Of a stretch of 64,000 nt of DNA, positions 29,543-40,241 are shown one piece after another. The translations under genes were made by a program, and so were the position numbers. The notes under the pieces are model-generated. The model saw only the letters and a list, made by a program, of their open reading frames with translations, was not told the DNA's origin and searched no databases. This DNA comes from an uncultured Candidatus Rokubacteria bacterium. GTDB lineage: Bacteria; Methylomirabilota; Methylomirabilia; Rokubacteriales; CSP1-6. The stretch's first letter is position 1, and every line of letters begins with the position of its first letter. The stretch lies in NCBI GenBank assembly GCA_963747235.1, contig CAVVEU010000008.1, forward strand, positions 224,001-288,000, written 5' to 3'.

Positions 29543-30739
29543 CTAGCCTATGACTCCGGTTTCGCGGAGTCGAGCGATCGTGCTGTCGCTGTAGCTCAGG
29601 ATCTCGCGGAGGATCTGATCCGTGTGCTCGCCGAGCCGTGGCGCCCGCGCGGGGTGGCGGATCTCGCCCTCGGTGCGGACGGGGCTCCGCACTTCTTTCA
29701 AGGGCCCGAAGTCCGGGTGCTCCACCTCCACGATCATATCGCGGGCCAGCACCTGCGGGTCGGCCAGGGCCTGGCGCACGTCGTTGACCGGCGCGCACGG
29801 CACGCGGCCCCGCAGGCGGTCGAGCCATTCCTCCGTGGTGCGGGTGGCGAAGCGCGCCTGCAGGAGCGGGAGCAGCGTGTCCTTGTGGGCGAACCGGTCG
29901 CCGAAGGTGCCGAAGCGCGCGTCCTCGGCCAGCTCCGGGACGCCCAGGGTCTCCACCAGGTCGCGCCAGAACTTGTCCTTGTTGCAGAAGATGACGATCC
30001 AGCCGTCGCGGGTGGCGAAGTTCTGGGCCGGCACGAGGGTCTGGTGCGCCGAGCTGCGGGTGCGCTCCGCGATCCAGTCGCGGTTGAGCGTCCACACCGC
30101 GAAGTACGACAGCATGCTCACCGCGGTGTCGAGCAACGCGATGTCCACGTCGCGGCCCACCCCGGTGCGCTGGGCGTCGAAGAGCCCCACCATCAGGCCG
30201 ACCATCGCGGCGTAGCCGCCCGCGAAGTCGATCACCGAGACGCCGCACTTGCCGGGAGGGCCGTCGGGCTCGCCGGTCACCGCCATGTAGCCCGCGTAGC
30301 CCTGGACCAGGTAGTCGAAGGCGGGCTCGGCCGCGCGCGGGCCGGTGCGCCCGTAGCCGGTGAGCGAGCAGCAGACCACGCGCGGATTGATCTCCTTCAG
30401 CCCGTCATAGGTCAGGCCCAGCTTGTCGGGCAGGTCGCCGCGCGCGTTGTTGAAGACCGCGTCCGACACCCGCACGAGGTCGTGGAAGACCGCCTGCCCG
30501 TCGGGATGCCGCAGGTTGAGCGACACCGAGCGCTTGCCGCGATTGAAGGACTGGAAGTAGGGCGAGTCGGCCTCGCCCTGGAACGGGGGCACGTAGCGGG
30601 CGCTGTCGCCGCCCACCCCGGGATCCTCGATCTTGATGATGTCGGCGCCCAGGTCCGCCAGCATCTGGGTGCCGAACGGGCCGGCCCCGAACTGCGACAC
30701 GGCCAGGATGCGCACGCCGTCGAGCGGGGGGCGGGTCAT
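29543..30739 (-). CDS. CaiB/BaiF family III CoA transferase
   Basis: AGPFGTQMLADLGADIIKIE, NRGKRS, APRLGEHT. Confidence 0.92.
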   Translation of the reverse strand: MTRPPLDGVRILAVSQFGAGPFGTQMLADLGADIIKIEDPGVGGDSARYVPPFQGEADSPYFQSFNRGKRSVSLNLRHPDGQAVFHDLVRVSDAVFNNARGDLPDKLGLTYDGLKEINPRVVCCSLTGYGRTGPRAAEPAFDYLVQGYAGYMAVTGEPDGPPGKCGVSVIDFAGGYAAMVGLMVGLFDAQRTGVGRDVDIALLDTAVSMLSYFAVWTLNRDWIAERTRSSAHQTLVPAQNFATRDGWIVIFCNKDKFWRDLVETLGVPELAEDARFGTFGDRFAHKDTLLPLLQARFATRTTEEWLDRLRGRVPCAPVNDVRQALADPQVLARDMIVEVEHPDFGPLKEVRSPVRTEGEIRHPARAPRLGEHTDQILREILSYSDSTIARLRETGVIG

Positions 30740-30740
30740 G

Positions 30741-31223
30741 TCAGGAGGGGAGCCGGCCCTCGCCGAGGGTCGCGTGGTTCTTCCGGGGGACGAGCACGGC
30801 GCGGGTATAGGAGCACACGGTTTCGCCTCGCTGGTTGACGCCCTGGGTGGCCACCGTGACGATGCCGCGGTCGCCCTGGCGCGACTCCCGCAGCGCGAGC
30901 ACGTGGCTCTTCGCGTAGAGGGTGTCGCCGATGAAGGTGGGCTTCTCGTGCTTGAGCTCGTTGACCTCCAGGTTCGCGATGGCCCGCCCCGAGATGTCGG
31001 CCACCGTCATGCCGATCACCACGCTGTAGACCAGCGGGCCCAGCACCACGCGCTGCTTGTGCTGGGTGTGGGTCTGGGCGTAGTGGGCGTCCGAGTGCAG
31101 CGGATGCTGGTTCATGGTGAGCAGCGCGAACCACGTGCAGTCCGCTTCCGTGATCGTCCGGCCGGGCCAGTGGGTGAACTCCTGGCCGACCGCGAATTCT
31201 TCGTAGAAGCGGCCGTAGCTCAC
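30741..31223 (-). CDS. MaoC family dehydratase
   Basis: GRTITEAD, NQHPLHSD, PTFIGDTL. Confidence 0.9.
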   Translation of the reverse strand: MSYGRFYEEFAVGQEFTHWPGRTITEADCTWFALLTMNQHPLHSDAHYAQTHTQHKQRVVLGPLVYSVVIGMTVADISGRAIANLEVNELKHEKPTFIGDTLYAKSHVLALRESRQGDRGIVTVATQGVNQRGETVCSYTRAVLVPRKNHATLGEGRLPS

Positions 31224-33448
31224 GGCGCCTCGAGCCGGCGCGCGGCGATGCGGCGCCGCTCGCCCGCCTGGTCGCGCGGGCCGACCAGCAGGGCGGCCGC
31301 GTCGCGGTAGTAGCGCTCCACCGGGAACTCGCTCGTGTAGCCGTAGCCGCCGTGGATGCGCATGGCCTCGAGCGTCACCATGTAGGCGGTCTCGCCCGCG
31401 GCCAGGCGCGCCATCATGGCGCCCGTGTCGTCGCGCGCGTCGGCGTCGAGGCGCGCGGCCGCGCGGCCGGTCAGGAGTCGCGCCGCGGTGATCGCGGTCG
31501 CCATGTCGGCCAGCTTGAGCTGCACCGCCTGGTGCTGGCAGATCGGCTTCCCGAAGGTGGACCGCTGCTGGGAATAGCGCAGCGCCGCCTCGAAGGCGGC
31601 CTGGGCCAGCCCCACCGCGGTGGCGGCGGCGCCGACATTGGTCGCGGCCTCGAGCAGTGTCTCGCCGCCCTCGCGGAGCGCGGCCGCGGCGCCGAGGCGC
31701 ACGCCGACCAGGACCACGTCCGCCGCGCCGAGGCCGCGGAGGCCGATGGTGTCGGAAGCCAGGCCCACCGTGAGGCCGGCCCGGCCCGACTCGACCATGA
31801 AGCAGCGGGCGCCGCCGTCCTCCAGCGCGGCGTTGACCAGGAAGAGCCTGGCCCGGCCCGCGTTCGGCACCACCGGCGCGGACCCGGTGAGGACCCAGTC
31901 CGCGCCCGCGCGCCGCGCGCCGATGGACGCGCCGACCACCGGCGCGGTCCAGCGCTCGCCCCGCGTCATGGGCGGCAGCAGCCGCTCGCGGGCGTCGCGC
32001 GGCACGCTGCGCGCGACCGCGAGCGTCGCCGCGAGCTGGGCCCCAAGCCAGAGGGCGAGCGCGGCCGAGCCGCGCGCCACTTCCTCCACGATCATGGCCG
32101 CGGTGGCGAGCGGCAAACCGAGCCCGCCGTGCTCGACGTCGGCCAGGGCGCCGAAGATGCCGAGCTCGGCGAGCTGCGCCACCAGGGGCTCGGGATCGCG
32201 CCGGCCCTGGTCCTGCTCGGCCGCCACCGGGACGACGTCCTTCTCGACGGCCTGCCGCACCGCCAGGACGAGCTGCTTCTGCTCCTCGGGGAGCTCGTCG
32301 CGCGAGGTCAGCGCGCCCGGCCGCTCGCCGTAGCGCTCGAGCAGGTTCCGGCAGATGATGAGCCGCTGGATCTCGTTGGTGCCCTCGCCGATGATCATGA
32401 GCGGCGCGTCGCGGTAGAGCCGCTCCACGAGGCCGGAGGCGAGCTGGGCGCGCACGCCCTCGATCTTCATGGCCTCCACCGCGACCGCCTGGGCCGCCTC
32501 CGAGGCGTGGAGCTTGGCCATGCCCGCTTCCAGATCGCACCGGTCGCCGCGGTCCTTCATGGCCGCGGCCCAGTAGGTGACGAGCCGGGCCGACTCCACC
32601 CGCGTGGCGATGTCCGCGAGCGCGGCGGGCGGCTCCGGCAGCGCGCGCGCGGCGCGCACCGCCTCGTCGAGGCCCGCCTGGGCGACGCCCACCGCGCGCG
32701 CCGCGATGTTGATCCGCCCGGCCTCGAGCCCGGACATCACGTGCTTGAAGCCACGGCCCTCCACGCCACCCACCAGGTTCGCGGCCGGGCAGGGGAAGCC
32801 GTCGAACACCAGCTCCGCGGTGTCCACGCCCTTGTAGCCGAGCTTGGCGATGGACTTGACCACCTCGAGGCCGGGGGCGCCCTTCTCCACGATGAAGCAG
32901 GACATGCCCCGGTGACGAGGGGACTCGGCGGGATCGGTCAGCGCGAGCAGCGCGAAGGTGTTGCCCTCGCGGCCGTTGGTCACGAACATCTTGGAGCCGG
33001 AGAGCAGGTAGCGGTCGCCCTCGCGCCGGGCCACCGTGCGGATGGCCTGCACGTCCGAGCCGGCGTGGGGCTCGGTGAGGCAGAGGCCGCCGCGGGCCTG
33101 TCCGCTCGCGAAGCGGGGCAGCAGGCGGAGCCGCTGCTCGTCGGTGCCGTGCTCGAGCACGATGAGGGCGGCCATGGTGTGACTGTTGATGACGCCGGCC
33201 AGGGACATGAAGCCCCGGCAGAGCTCCTCGATGATCTGCGCGTAGGTGGTGACGTCGAGGCCGAGGCCGCCATAGTCGGTGGGCACGAGGGCGCCGAAGA
33301 GGCCGAGGCGCTTCATGCGGTCCACCAGCTCGTGCGGGTACCGGTCGGCGTGCTCGAGGGCGGGGGCCGCCGCCATCACGTCCCGCTCCACGAACTCGCG
33401 GACGGAGGCCACGATGGCGGGGGCGCGGCTGGCGGTGCGTGGACTCAA
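31220..33448 (-). CDS. Tandem two-domain acyl-CoA dehydrogenase
   Basis: TEPHAGSD and IGEGTNEIQR in domain 1; QRSTFGKPI, HGGYGYTSEF in domain 2. Confidence 0.88.
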   Translation of the reverse strand: MSPRTASRAPAIVASVREFVERDVMAAAPALEHADRYPHELVDRMKRLGLFGALVPTDYGGLGLDVTTYAQIIEELCRGFMSLAGVINSHTMAALIVLEHGTDEQRLRLLPRFASGQARGGLCLTEPHAGSDVQAIRTVARREGDRYLLSGSKMFVTNGREGNTFALLALTDPAESPRHRGMSCFIVEKGAPGLEVVKSIAKLGYKGVDTAELVFDGFPCPAANLVGGVEGRGFKHVMSGLEAGRINIAARAVGVAQAGLDEAVRAARALPEPPAALADIATRVESARLVTYWAAAMKDRGDRCDLEAGMAKLHASEAAQAVAVEAMKIEGVRAQLASGLVERLYRDAPLMIIGEGTNEIQRLIICRNLLERYGERPGALTSRDELPEEQKQLVLAVRQAVEKDVVPVAAEQDQGRRDPEPLVAQLAELGIFGALADVEHGGLGLPLATAAMIVEEVARGSAALALWLGAQLAATLAVARSVPRDARERLLPPMTRGERWTAPVVGASIGARRAGADWVLTGSAPVVPNAGRARLFLVNAALEDGGARCFMVESGRAGLTVGLASDTIGLRGLGAADVVLVGVRLGAAAALREGGETLLEAATNVGAAATAVGLAQAAFEAALRYSQQRSTFGKPICQHQAVQLKLADMATAITAARLLTGRAAARLDADARDDTGAMMARLAAGETAYMVTLEAMRIHGGYGYTSEFPVERYYRDAAALLVGPRDQAGERRRIAARRLEAP

Positions 33449-33567
33449 GGAAACCTCGCGTCGAGACTAGCAAAGCCCGCGCATTCATTGCAAGGCGTGC
33501 CCCTCCCGCGGGGCCCGGCCCGCGGCTTCTTCTTGGTCGCGGTTGCCTGGCCCGGTATGCTGGAGGC

Positions 33568-34269
33568 ATGACCCTTACCGTCGCCAGCTACAACATCCAC
33601 AAGTGCGCGGGACTCGACCGCCGCGTGGACCTCGACCGGATCGCCCAGGTGCTGGAGGAGATCGACGCCGACCTGGTGGGCGTCCAGGAGGTGTTCCAGC
33701 CCCAGGCCCTGAGCCTGGCCGAGCGCCTCGGCATGCAGGTCGCGATGAGCCCCACCCGGGAGCGGGACGGCCTGCCCTACGGCAACGCGGTCCTCACCCG
33801 CCTGGCCATCCGCGGCACCCGCACGTTCGACCTCTCCAGACCCGACCGCGAGCCGCGCGGCGGCATCCGCCTGGATCTCGAGATGCCCGGCGACGAGATG
33901 GGCGAGGGGCTGCTCCACGTCTTCAACGTGCACTTCGGGCTCAAGATCCGCGAGCGGGCGGCGCAGGTCCGCATGCTCGTGCGCGAGCACATCCTGCACG
34001 ACGAGCTGACGGGCCCGCGCATCGTGGTGGGCGATCTCAACGAGTGGTTTCCGGGCGCGGTCGGGCGCACGTTGCGCCGCGAGCTGAGCGGGCCCCGCAT
34101 CCGTCGCACGCATCCCGCGCCGCTGCCGATCTTCCCGCTCGACCGCATCTACTGGGACCGCGGCCTGGGCGCCGACGGCTTCCACGTGCACAGGAGCCGC
34201 CTGGCCCGCGTCGCCTCCGATCACCTGCCGGTGGTGGCACGCCTGCGCCTGGGCTCCGCGCCCGCCTGA
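33568..34269 (+). CDS. Endonuclease/exonuclease/phosphatase family protein
   Basis: SYNIH, QEV, GDLNEW, LDRI, SDHLP. Confidence 0.9.
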   Translation: MTLTVASYNIHKCAGLDRRVDLDRIAQVLEEIDADLVGVQEVFQPQALSLAERLGMQVAMSPTRERDGLPYGNAVLTRLAIRGTRTFDLSRPDREPRGGIRLDLEMPGDEMGEGLLHVFNVHFGLKIRERAAQVRMLVREHILHDELTGPRIVVGDLNEWFPGAVGRTLRRELSGPRIRRTHPAPLPIFPLDRIYWDRGLGADGFHVHRSRLARVASDHLPVVARLRLGSAPA

Positions 34270-34361
34270 CCGGCATAACGACGGTTTGTTGCCGGCAGGT
34301 GCCGCGCTTTGTATGCGAACGGATCAGTGCAACCTTGCGCGGTCGAAGAATAGGACAAAGA

Positions 34362-34405
34362 GATCAATGACTTATCGAGTACTGGTCACTGGCAAGCGCC
34401 TTGCT
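34362..34405 (+). promoter_or_regulatory. IHF site plus sigma54 promoter
   Basis: GATCAATGACTTA (34362-34374), TGGCAAGCGCCTTGCT (34390-34405). Confidence 0.75.
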
Positions 34406-34421
34406 CTCCTACACGCCTGTC

Positions 34422-34883
34422 ATGGAAGAGCACGGAACGAAGGGGGACCACGTCGCGCTGATCGGGGCGTCTCCGGCCACCTGGCAATCGCAGGGGACGG
34501 AGCCAGGGCCCACGCACCTGCCCTCGCGGGCCCTGGTGGTGGACGACTCGCTGGTGGTCGCCGAGGTGGTGACCACGCTGCTACGGCGCACCGGCTGGAC
34601 GGTGGACGTGGCGACCAGCGTGGACGCGGCGCTCGAGCACGTGCGCCGCGTGCCCTACGACCTGGTGGTCTGCGACGTCTGCATGCCGGATGGCGGTGGG
34701 CCGGCCGTCTACTACGCGGCGACCACGCGGCGGCCGGACCTGACCAACCGCTTCCTCTTCATCACCGGGAACGTGGACGACGCGGAGCCCTGGCGCTTCC
34801 TGGCCAAGATCCGCGCCCACGTGCTGGAGAAGCCGTTCACGGGCCGGGCACTCCGGCACGCCCTGATCAAAGTCATCGCCTGA
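34422..34883 (+). CDS. Single-domain response regulator
   Basis: LVVDD, CDVCMP, FITG, EKPF. Confidence 0.85.
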   Translation: MEEHGTKGDHVALIGASPATWQSQGTEPGPTHLPSRALVVDDSLVVAEVVTTLLRRTGWTVDVATSVDAALEHVRRVPYDLVVCDVCMPDGGGPAVYYAATTRRPDLTNRFLFITGNVDDAEPWRFLAKIRAHVLEKPFTGRALRHALIKVIA

Positions 34884-35455
34884 CCCGGCCGCTCGTCGCG
34901 GCCCTGCTCGTGCTCTCCGCCCTCGCCGGCCCCGTCTGGGCGGGCCCTCCCACCGAGCAGCTCCGCGCCTACACCGACAAGGTCGTCCGCATCCTGGAAG
35001 ACCCCGCGCTCAACCAGGCGCAGCGCCGGACCGAGATCCACGCGGTCGCGCTGGAGGCCTTCGACGTCGCCGAGGCGGCGCGCCGCGCCCTCGGCCCCCA
35101 CTGGCCCAAGCGCTCCGCCGCGGAGCGGGAGGAGTTCACCGGGCTCTTCCAGGGGCTGCTCGAGCGCGGCTACCTCTCCCGCATCGGCGAGTACGGCGGC
35201 GAGCGGGTGCAGTACGTGGCCGAGCGGGTCGACGGCGAGTTCGCCACCGTGCGGGCCCAGATCGTCACCGCCAAGGGCACCCAGATCCCGATCGAGGCCC
35301 GCGTGGTGCGCAAGGGCGAGCGCTGGCTCATGTACGACGTGCTGATCGAGAACGTGAGCCTGGTGGCGAGCTACCGCTCCCAGTTCGACCGCGTGATCCG
35401 CACCTCCTCCTACGAGGAGCTGGTGCGCCGCCTCAAGGACCGCGGCCAGCCCTAG
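34880..35455 (+). CDS. MlaC/Ttg2D phospholipid-binding protein (possible CTG start)
   Basis: Signal-like N-terminus, ALGPHW, YDVLIENVSLVASYRSQF. Confidence 0.85.
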   Translation: MTRPLVAALLVLSALAGPVWAGPPTEQLRAYTDKVVRILEDPALNQAQRRTEIHAVALEAFDVAEAARRALGPHWPKRSAAEREEFTGLFQGLLERGYLSRIGEYGGERVQYVAERVDGEFATVRAQIVTAKGTQIPIEARVVRKGERWLMYDVLIENVSLVASYRSQFDRVIRTSSYEELVRRLKDRGQP

Positions 35456-35462
35456 CGGGCGC

Positions 35463-36209
35463 TCAGAGCGCGACGTCGCCGAGGAAGATGCGCTTGACCT
35501 CGGCCGACTGGAGCAGCTCCGCCGACGATCCGGTCAGGATCGTCCGGCCCGATTCGAGGATGTAGCCACGATCCGCGAGCCGGAGCGCGAGCTCCACGTT
35601 CTGCTCGATGAACAGGATGCTGATGCCCTGCTCGTCCCGGATCCGCCGCATCAGGCCGCCGAGCTGCTGCACGATCAGAGGGGACAGGCCGAGGAAGGGC
35701 TCGTCGATCATCAGCAGGCGCGGGCGCGCCATGAGCCCGCGCGCGATCGCCACCATCTGCTGCTCGCCGCCCGACAGGGTGTGCGCGAGCTGCGTCCGGC
35801 GGGCCGCGATGACCGGGAACAGGCGCTCGACCTGGGCCAGGGACTCCGCGCGGTGCGGGCGCGCGGTGGGGTTGTGCGCGCCCAGCAGCACGTTGTCGAG
35901 CACGGTGAGGAAGGGGAACAGGCGCCGGCGCTCCAGCACGTGCGCGAGGCCTTCGCCCGCGGTGCGGTTGGCGGGCAGGCCGTCGATGCGCTTGCCGAGG
36001 AGGGTGATGCGGCCCGCGCGCGGCGCGATCAGCCCGGAGATCGAGTTCATCAGGGTCGACTTGCCCGCCCCGTTCGGCCCCAGGACCGCGACGATCTCGC
36101 CCTCGCTCACGTGCATCGCGGCCTGCCACAGCACCTGGAAGTCGCCGTAGGCGACGTCGAGGCCGTCCACATCGAGCATCGGCGCGGGCCGCCCGGGGTG
36201 GTCGGTCAC
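35463..36209 (-). CDS. livF: Branched-chain amino acid ABC ATPase (LivF-like)
   Basis: GPNGAGKST, LSGGEQQM, DEPFLGL. Confidence 0.88.
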   Translation of the reverse strand: MTDHPGRPAPMLDVDGLDVAYGDFQVLWQAAMHVSEGEIVAVLGPNGAGKSTLMNSISGLIAPRAGRITLLGKRIDGLPANRTAGEGLAHVLERRRLFPFLTVLDNVLLGAHNPTARPHRAESLAQVERLFPVIAARRTQLAHTLSGGEQQMVAIARGLMARPRLLMIDEPFLGLSPLIVQQLGGLMRRIRDEQGISILFIEQNVELALRLADRGYILESGRTILTGSSAELLQSAEVKRIFLGDVAL

Positions 36210-36929
36210 TGCGTGTACGCCTGGCCGAGGTAGGCGTCGACGACCCGGCGGTCGCGCGTCACCACGTCGGGCGTGCCGTCGGCGATCTTCTCGCCGAGGT
36301 AGAGGGCGACGATGCGCTGGGCCACCGCGGTGATGACCCGCATGTTGTGCTCGATGACCAGGAGGGTGAGGCCGCCCGCGATGCAGGTCGCGGACGAGCT
36401 GCACCAGCCCGGGGATGCTGCGCTGGTCCACGCCGCCGGTCACCTCGTCGAGCAGGAGGACCCGCGGCTCGGTGGCCAGCGCGCGGGCCAGCTCGAGGCG
36501 CTTGCGCTGGCCGGTGGAGAGCGTGCGCGCGTACGCGTCCGCCTTCTCGGCGAGCCCCACGCGGTCGAGCAGCTCGCGGGCGCGCGCGCGCGCGTGGCGC
36601 ACGTCGTGGGTGCGGGTGAGCGCGCCGACCATCACGTTGTCGACCACGGTGAGCCCGGCGAACGGGCGCAGCTTCTGGAACGTGCGCGCGACGCCCAGGC
36701 GGCACACCCGGTCCGGGGAGAGGCCGGTGAGCGGGCCGCCGTCCAGCCGCACCAGGCCCGCGTCGGGGCGATAGAAGCCGCTGATGATCTCGAACAGGGT
36801 GGACTTGCCGGACCCGTTCGGCCCGATGATGCCGACCAGCTCGCCGGGCGCCACGTCGAAGGAGATGTCGCGATTCGCGGTGACGCCGCCGAAGCGCTTG
36901 GTGATCCCCGCGACGGAGAGCAGGCTCAC
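36206..36929 (-). CDS. livG: Branched-chain amino acid ABC ATPase (LivG-like; frameshift near 36380)
   Basis: KRFGG, GPNGSGKST, ARTFQ, IEHNM. Confidence 0.85.
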
Positions 36930-37905
36930 GCCGTCGGCCCCAGGCGCGGGCGCCGGCGCAGCCGCGTCGCCGATCCAGGGGACGCAGGCCTTGCGGCGCG
37001 AACGCGCATCATCACGATGAGCGCGACGCCGTAGATGATCAGGTAGATCCCGACGAGCCCGGCGCCGATGCCGCCGAAGCGGGCGCGCAGCGACGTCTCC
37101 AGCATCGTGATGAGGGCGGCGCCGAGGAACGGCCCGAGCGGCGTCCCGATGCCGCCGAGGATCGCGACCAGGCAGAAGCGGACCGACAGGTCCACCGAGA
37201 AGACGTAGAACGGGTCCACGAAGCCGACGTACTGCGCCCAGAGCGTGCCGCACACGGCGGTGAGCGCGGCGCTGACCGCGATGGCCGCGACCTTGAGGCG
37301 GCGGGCCGGCACGCCGAGCGAGAGCGCGGCGTCCTCGTCCTCGCGCACCGCGGCGAGCTGGTAGCCGCGGCGCGAGCGCTCGAGGTAGAGCTGGACCAGG
37401 TAGAGCAGCGACGGCGAGCGACGAGGACGAGGTAGACCCAGACCCGCTTGTCCGCGATGCCGAGCGTCCAGAAGCCGGGGCGGAAGGGGACCGGGATGCC
37501 CTCCGATCCCGACGTGAAGGCGCGCCAGCGGCTCGCCACGATGAGCAGCACCTGGGAGAAGGCGATCGTCGCGAGCACGAAGTACGGGCCGCGGAGCCGG
37601 TTGCTGAGGAAGCCGAGGATGAAGCCGAACGCGGTGGCGAGCGCGGCGCCGACCAGCAGCCCGATCCAGGGCGAGATCCCCCAGCGGGTGCCGAGGAGCG
37701 CCGCCGCGTAGGCGCCGAGCCCGAAGAAGGCGGCGTGGCCGAGCGAGACCTGGCCGGCGTAGCCGCCGGCCACGTTCCAGGCCGCCGCGGTCGCGCCCCA
37801 CAGCAGGATCAGGATCAGGCCGTCGAGGAGGAAGGCGTCGCGGACCACGAGCGGCCCGAGGGCGGCCGCGGCGAAGAAGGCGACCGCCGGCCACGTGCCT
37901 CTCAC
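36926..37905 (-). CDS. livM: Branched-chain amino acid ABC permease (LivM-like; frameshifts)
   Basis: GYAGQVSLGHAAFFG, AVREDEDAA. Confidence 0.85.
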
Positions 37906-38783
37906 GTGCCGATCACCTCGGCCCCGCGCTGGCCGAACAGGCCGGCGGGACGGACCACGAGGATCGCGATGAACAGGAGCAGGTAGAGCACTTCCTTCCA
38001 CGCGGTCCCGATCACGTAGGACCCCACGACCTCGACGAAGGCGACGACGAGGCTGGCGATCAGCGCGCCGACCATGTCCCCGAGCCCGCCCAGCACGACC
38101 GCCACGTAGGCGATCAGCACGAACTGGAGCCCGATCGACGGGTACACGGGGTAGATCGGGGCGAGCACCACGCCGGCCACCCCGACGCAGGTGATGCCGA
38201 CCGCCCACGTCAGGGCGAAGACGCGGCCGGTGTCGATCCCCATGAGCGAGGCGGCGTGCCGGTCCTGCGCGGTGGCCCGCATGACCTTGCCGGTGTAGGA
38301 CCAGCGCATGAAGGCGAAGAGCCCGGCGGTGAAGAGGACCGCGACCGCGAACGCGGCGATCTGCGCGAGGTTGAGCGCCACGCCACCGAAGCGCACGACG
38401 ACCGCGTAGTAGCTGGTGCGCACGAACTGGGAGTCGGCGCTCCAGAGCACGAGGGCCAGGTCCTGGAGCGCGATCGACAGCCCGACCGTGGTGAAGACCT
38501 GCACGTTGTGGGAGGCGTGGATCACCGGCCGCATGACGAGGCGGTAGCTCAGCCACCCGCCCCCGAAGATGATGGGCAGGCCCAGCACGAGGGTGACGTA
38601 GGGATCGAGGCCCAGGAGGGTGAACGCCCAGAAGGCGAGGTACATGCCCAGCATGAGGAACTCGCCGTGCGCGAAGTTGACCACGCGCATCACCCCGAAG
38701 ATGAGCGTGAGGCCCACCGCGATGAGCGCGTAGATGCCGCCCAGCAGGATGGTGGAGGCGAGGAGCTGGGGAATCGCGTGCAT
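37902..38783 (-). CDS. livH: Branched-chain amino acid ABC permease (LivH-like)
   Basis: GLTLIFGVMRVVNFAHG, RPAGLFG. Confidence 0.9.
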   Translation of the reverse strand: MHAIPQLLASTILLGGIYALIAVGLTLIFGVMRVVNFAHGEFLMLGMYLAFWAFTLLGLDPYVTLVLGLPIIFGGGWLSYRLVMRPVIHASHNVQVFTTVGLSIALQDLALVLWSADSQFVRTSYYAVVVRFGGVALNLAQIAAFAVAVLFTAGLFAFMRWSYTGKVMRATAQDRHAASLMGIDTGRVFALTWAVGITCVGVAGVVLAPIYPVYPSIGLQFVLIAYVAVVLGGLGDMVGALIASLVVAFVEVVGSYVIGTAWKEVLYLLLFIAILVVRPAGLFGQRGAEVIGT

Positions 38784-38808
38784 GATCGGCGGATCAGCCG
38801 ACAGCGCG

Positions 38809-38835
38809 ACGCCCCGGGGTGGCCCCCCGGGGCGT
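38809..38835 (-). terminator. GC-rich hairpin after the substrate-binding gene (attenuator/stabiliser)
   Basis: ACGCCCCGGGG...CCCCGGGGCGT. Confidence 0.5.
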
Positions 38836-38867
38836 GCGAGCGGAAATCGGCGGACCGGCGGGGCGCG

Positions 38868-40143
38868 CTACTTGCGCTGGTCCCACGCGCCGAGCGGAAT
38901 CCACTTGGCGCGGTTGGTGGTGAACTCCTCCGGCCACACCGTGACGAGCTGCCCGCCCTGCCACTGGAGCATGTAGTGCTGCACGCGCGCGTTGGCGTTC
39001 TGGCCGTTCTCGTCGAACTTCACGCCCCAGCCGTTGATCGCGGAGCCGACCGGCAGGTCCATCGCCATGACCGCGGCGCGGAACTTGTCGAGGTCGTCGC
39101 TCTTGGCCGCGTCGAGCACGAGCTTGAGCAGCCACAGGCCGCCGCCCGCGAGCTGGTGCCCGCCGGCGGGGACGTCCGAGCCGGTCTTGGCCTTCACCGC
39201 CTCGCGGAACGCGCGCTCGATCTGCTGGCCCTCGGGCCGCAACTTCTCGATGATCAGGCCCGGGCCGGGCTCGAGCAGCGCGAAGGGGCCGTTGCCGTCG
39301 TTGCCGAACGCCTTGCCGAAGTCGGGCGAGCCGTAGCCGGTGGCCCCCGCGTGCACGACCGCCTTGACCTGGAAGTTCTGCTCGCGCGCCTGCCGCCAGA
39401 AGAGGATGGCGTCCTGGTTGCGCGCGATGTGGTGCAGGATGTCGGGGTTCGCGTTCTTGAGCTTGAGGATGACCGGGGTGAGGTCGTTGGTGGTGAAGGT
39501 GTAGTACTCGAGCCGCCACCTCCTGCATCCCGAACTCCTGCTTGGCCCGCTGGCGCGCGGACTCGGTCACGCTCTGGCCGTACGAGGAGTCCTCCGAGAG
39601 GTACGCGATGCGCAGCTCGCTCGTCTTCTTGCCGAGGCGGTGGGCGAGGTGCTTGGCGATGAACTCGATGTTGTACCAGCCGAACCCGGTGCCGTCGATC
39701 TCGGTCCGGAACACGTTCTTCAGCCCGCGCTTGGTGAACCGCGGATCGACGCAGGACGTCTCCCAGTAGATGACGTTCTGCCGCGACGCCGCCTCGCTGG
39801 CCGCGCCGCACAGGGTGGAGGAGAAGGTGCCGGTGATGATCTTGACCCCTTCCCGGGTGGCCAGCCGCGTGGCCTCGGAGGCGGCGACGGTCGGATCGAC
39901 CGCGTCCCCGACCACGAACACCAGCTTCTTGCCCATCACGCCGCCGCGCTCGTTGATGAGGTCGCGGACGATCTCGTAGCCCTCGAGGTGCCGCTTGCCC
40001 TCGGCCGCGAGGTTGCCGGTCAGCGGCTCCAGCACCCCGATCTTGTACTCGCCACTGAGCTGCTGCTGCGCCTGGAGGGCGCCGACGGCGCCGACCGCCA
40101 GCGCGACGAGACCCACCACCACCGCCCACTTCACTTGCCTCAT
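38868..40143 (-). CDS. Branched-chain amino acid ABC substrate-binding protein (frameshift near 39512)
   Basis: KIGVLEPLTG, INERGGVMG, GVKFDENGQN, QWQ. Confidence 0.88.
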
Positions 40144-40241
40144 GCCTGCTCTCCTCTCGTTGGTCCGGGGTACTGCGATTGGGACGGGCGCTGCGCGGCA
40201 ACCCGCTGCACCGGGCGGCCAGTGTACCGCAGGTGGCGGCC

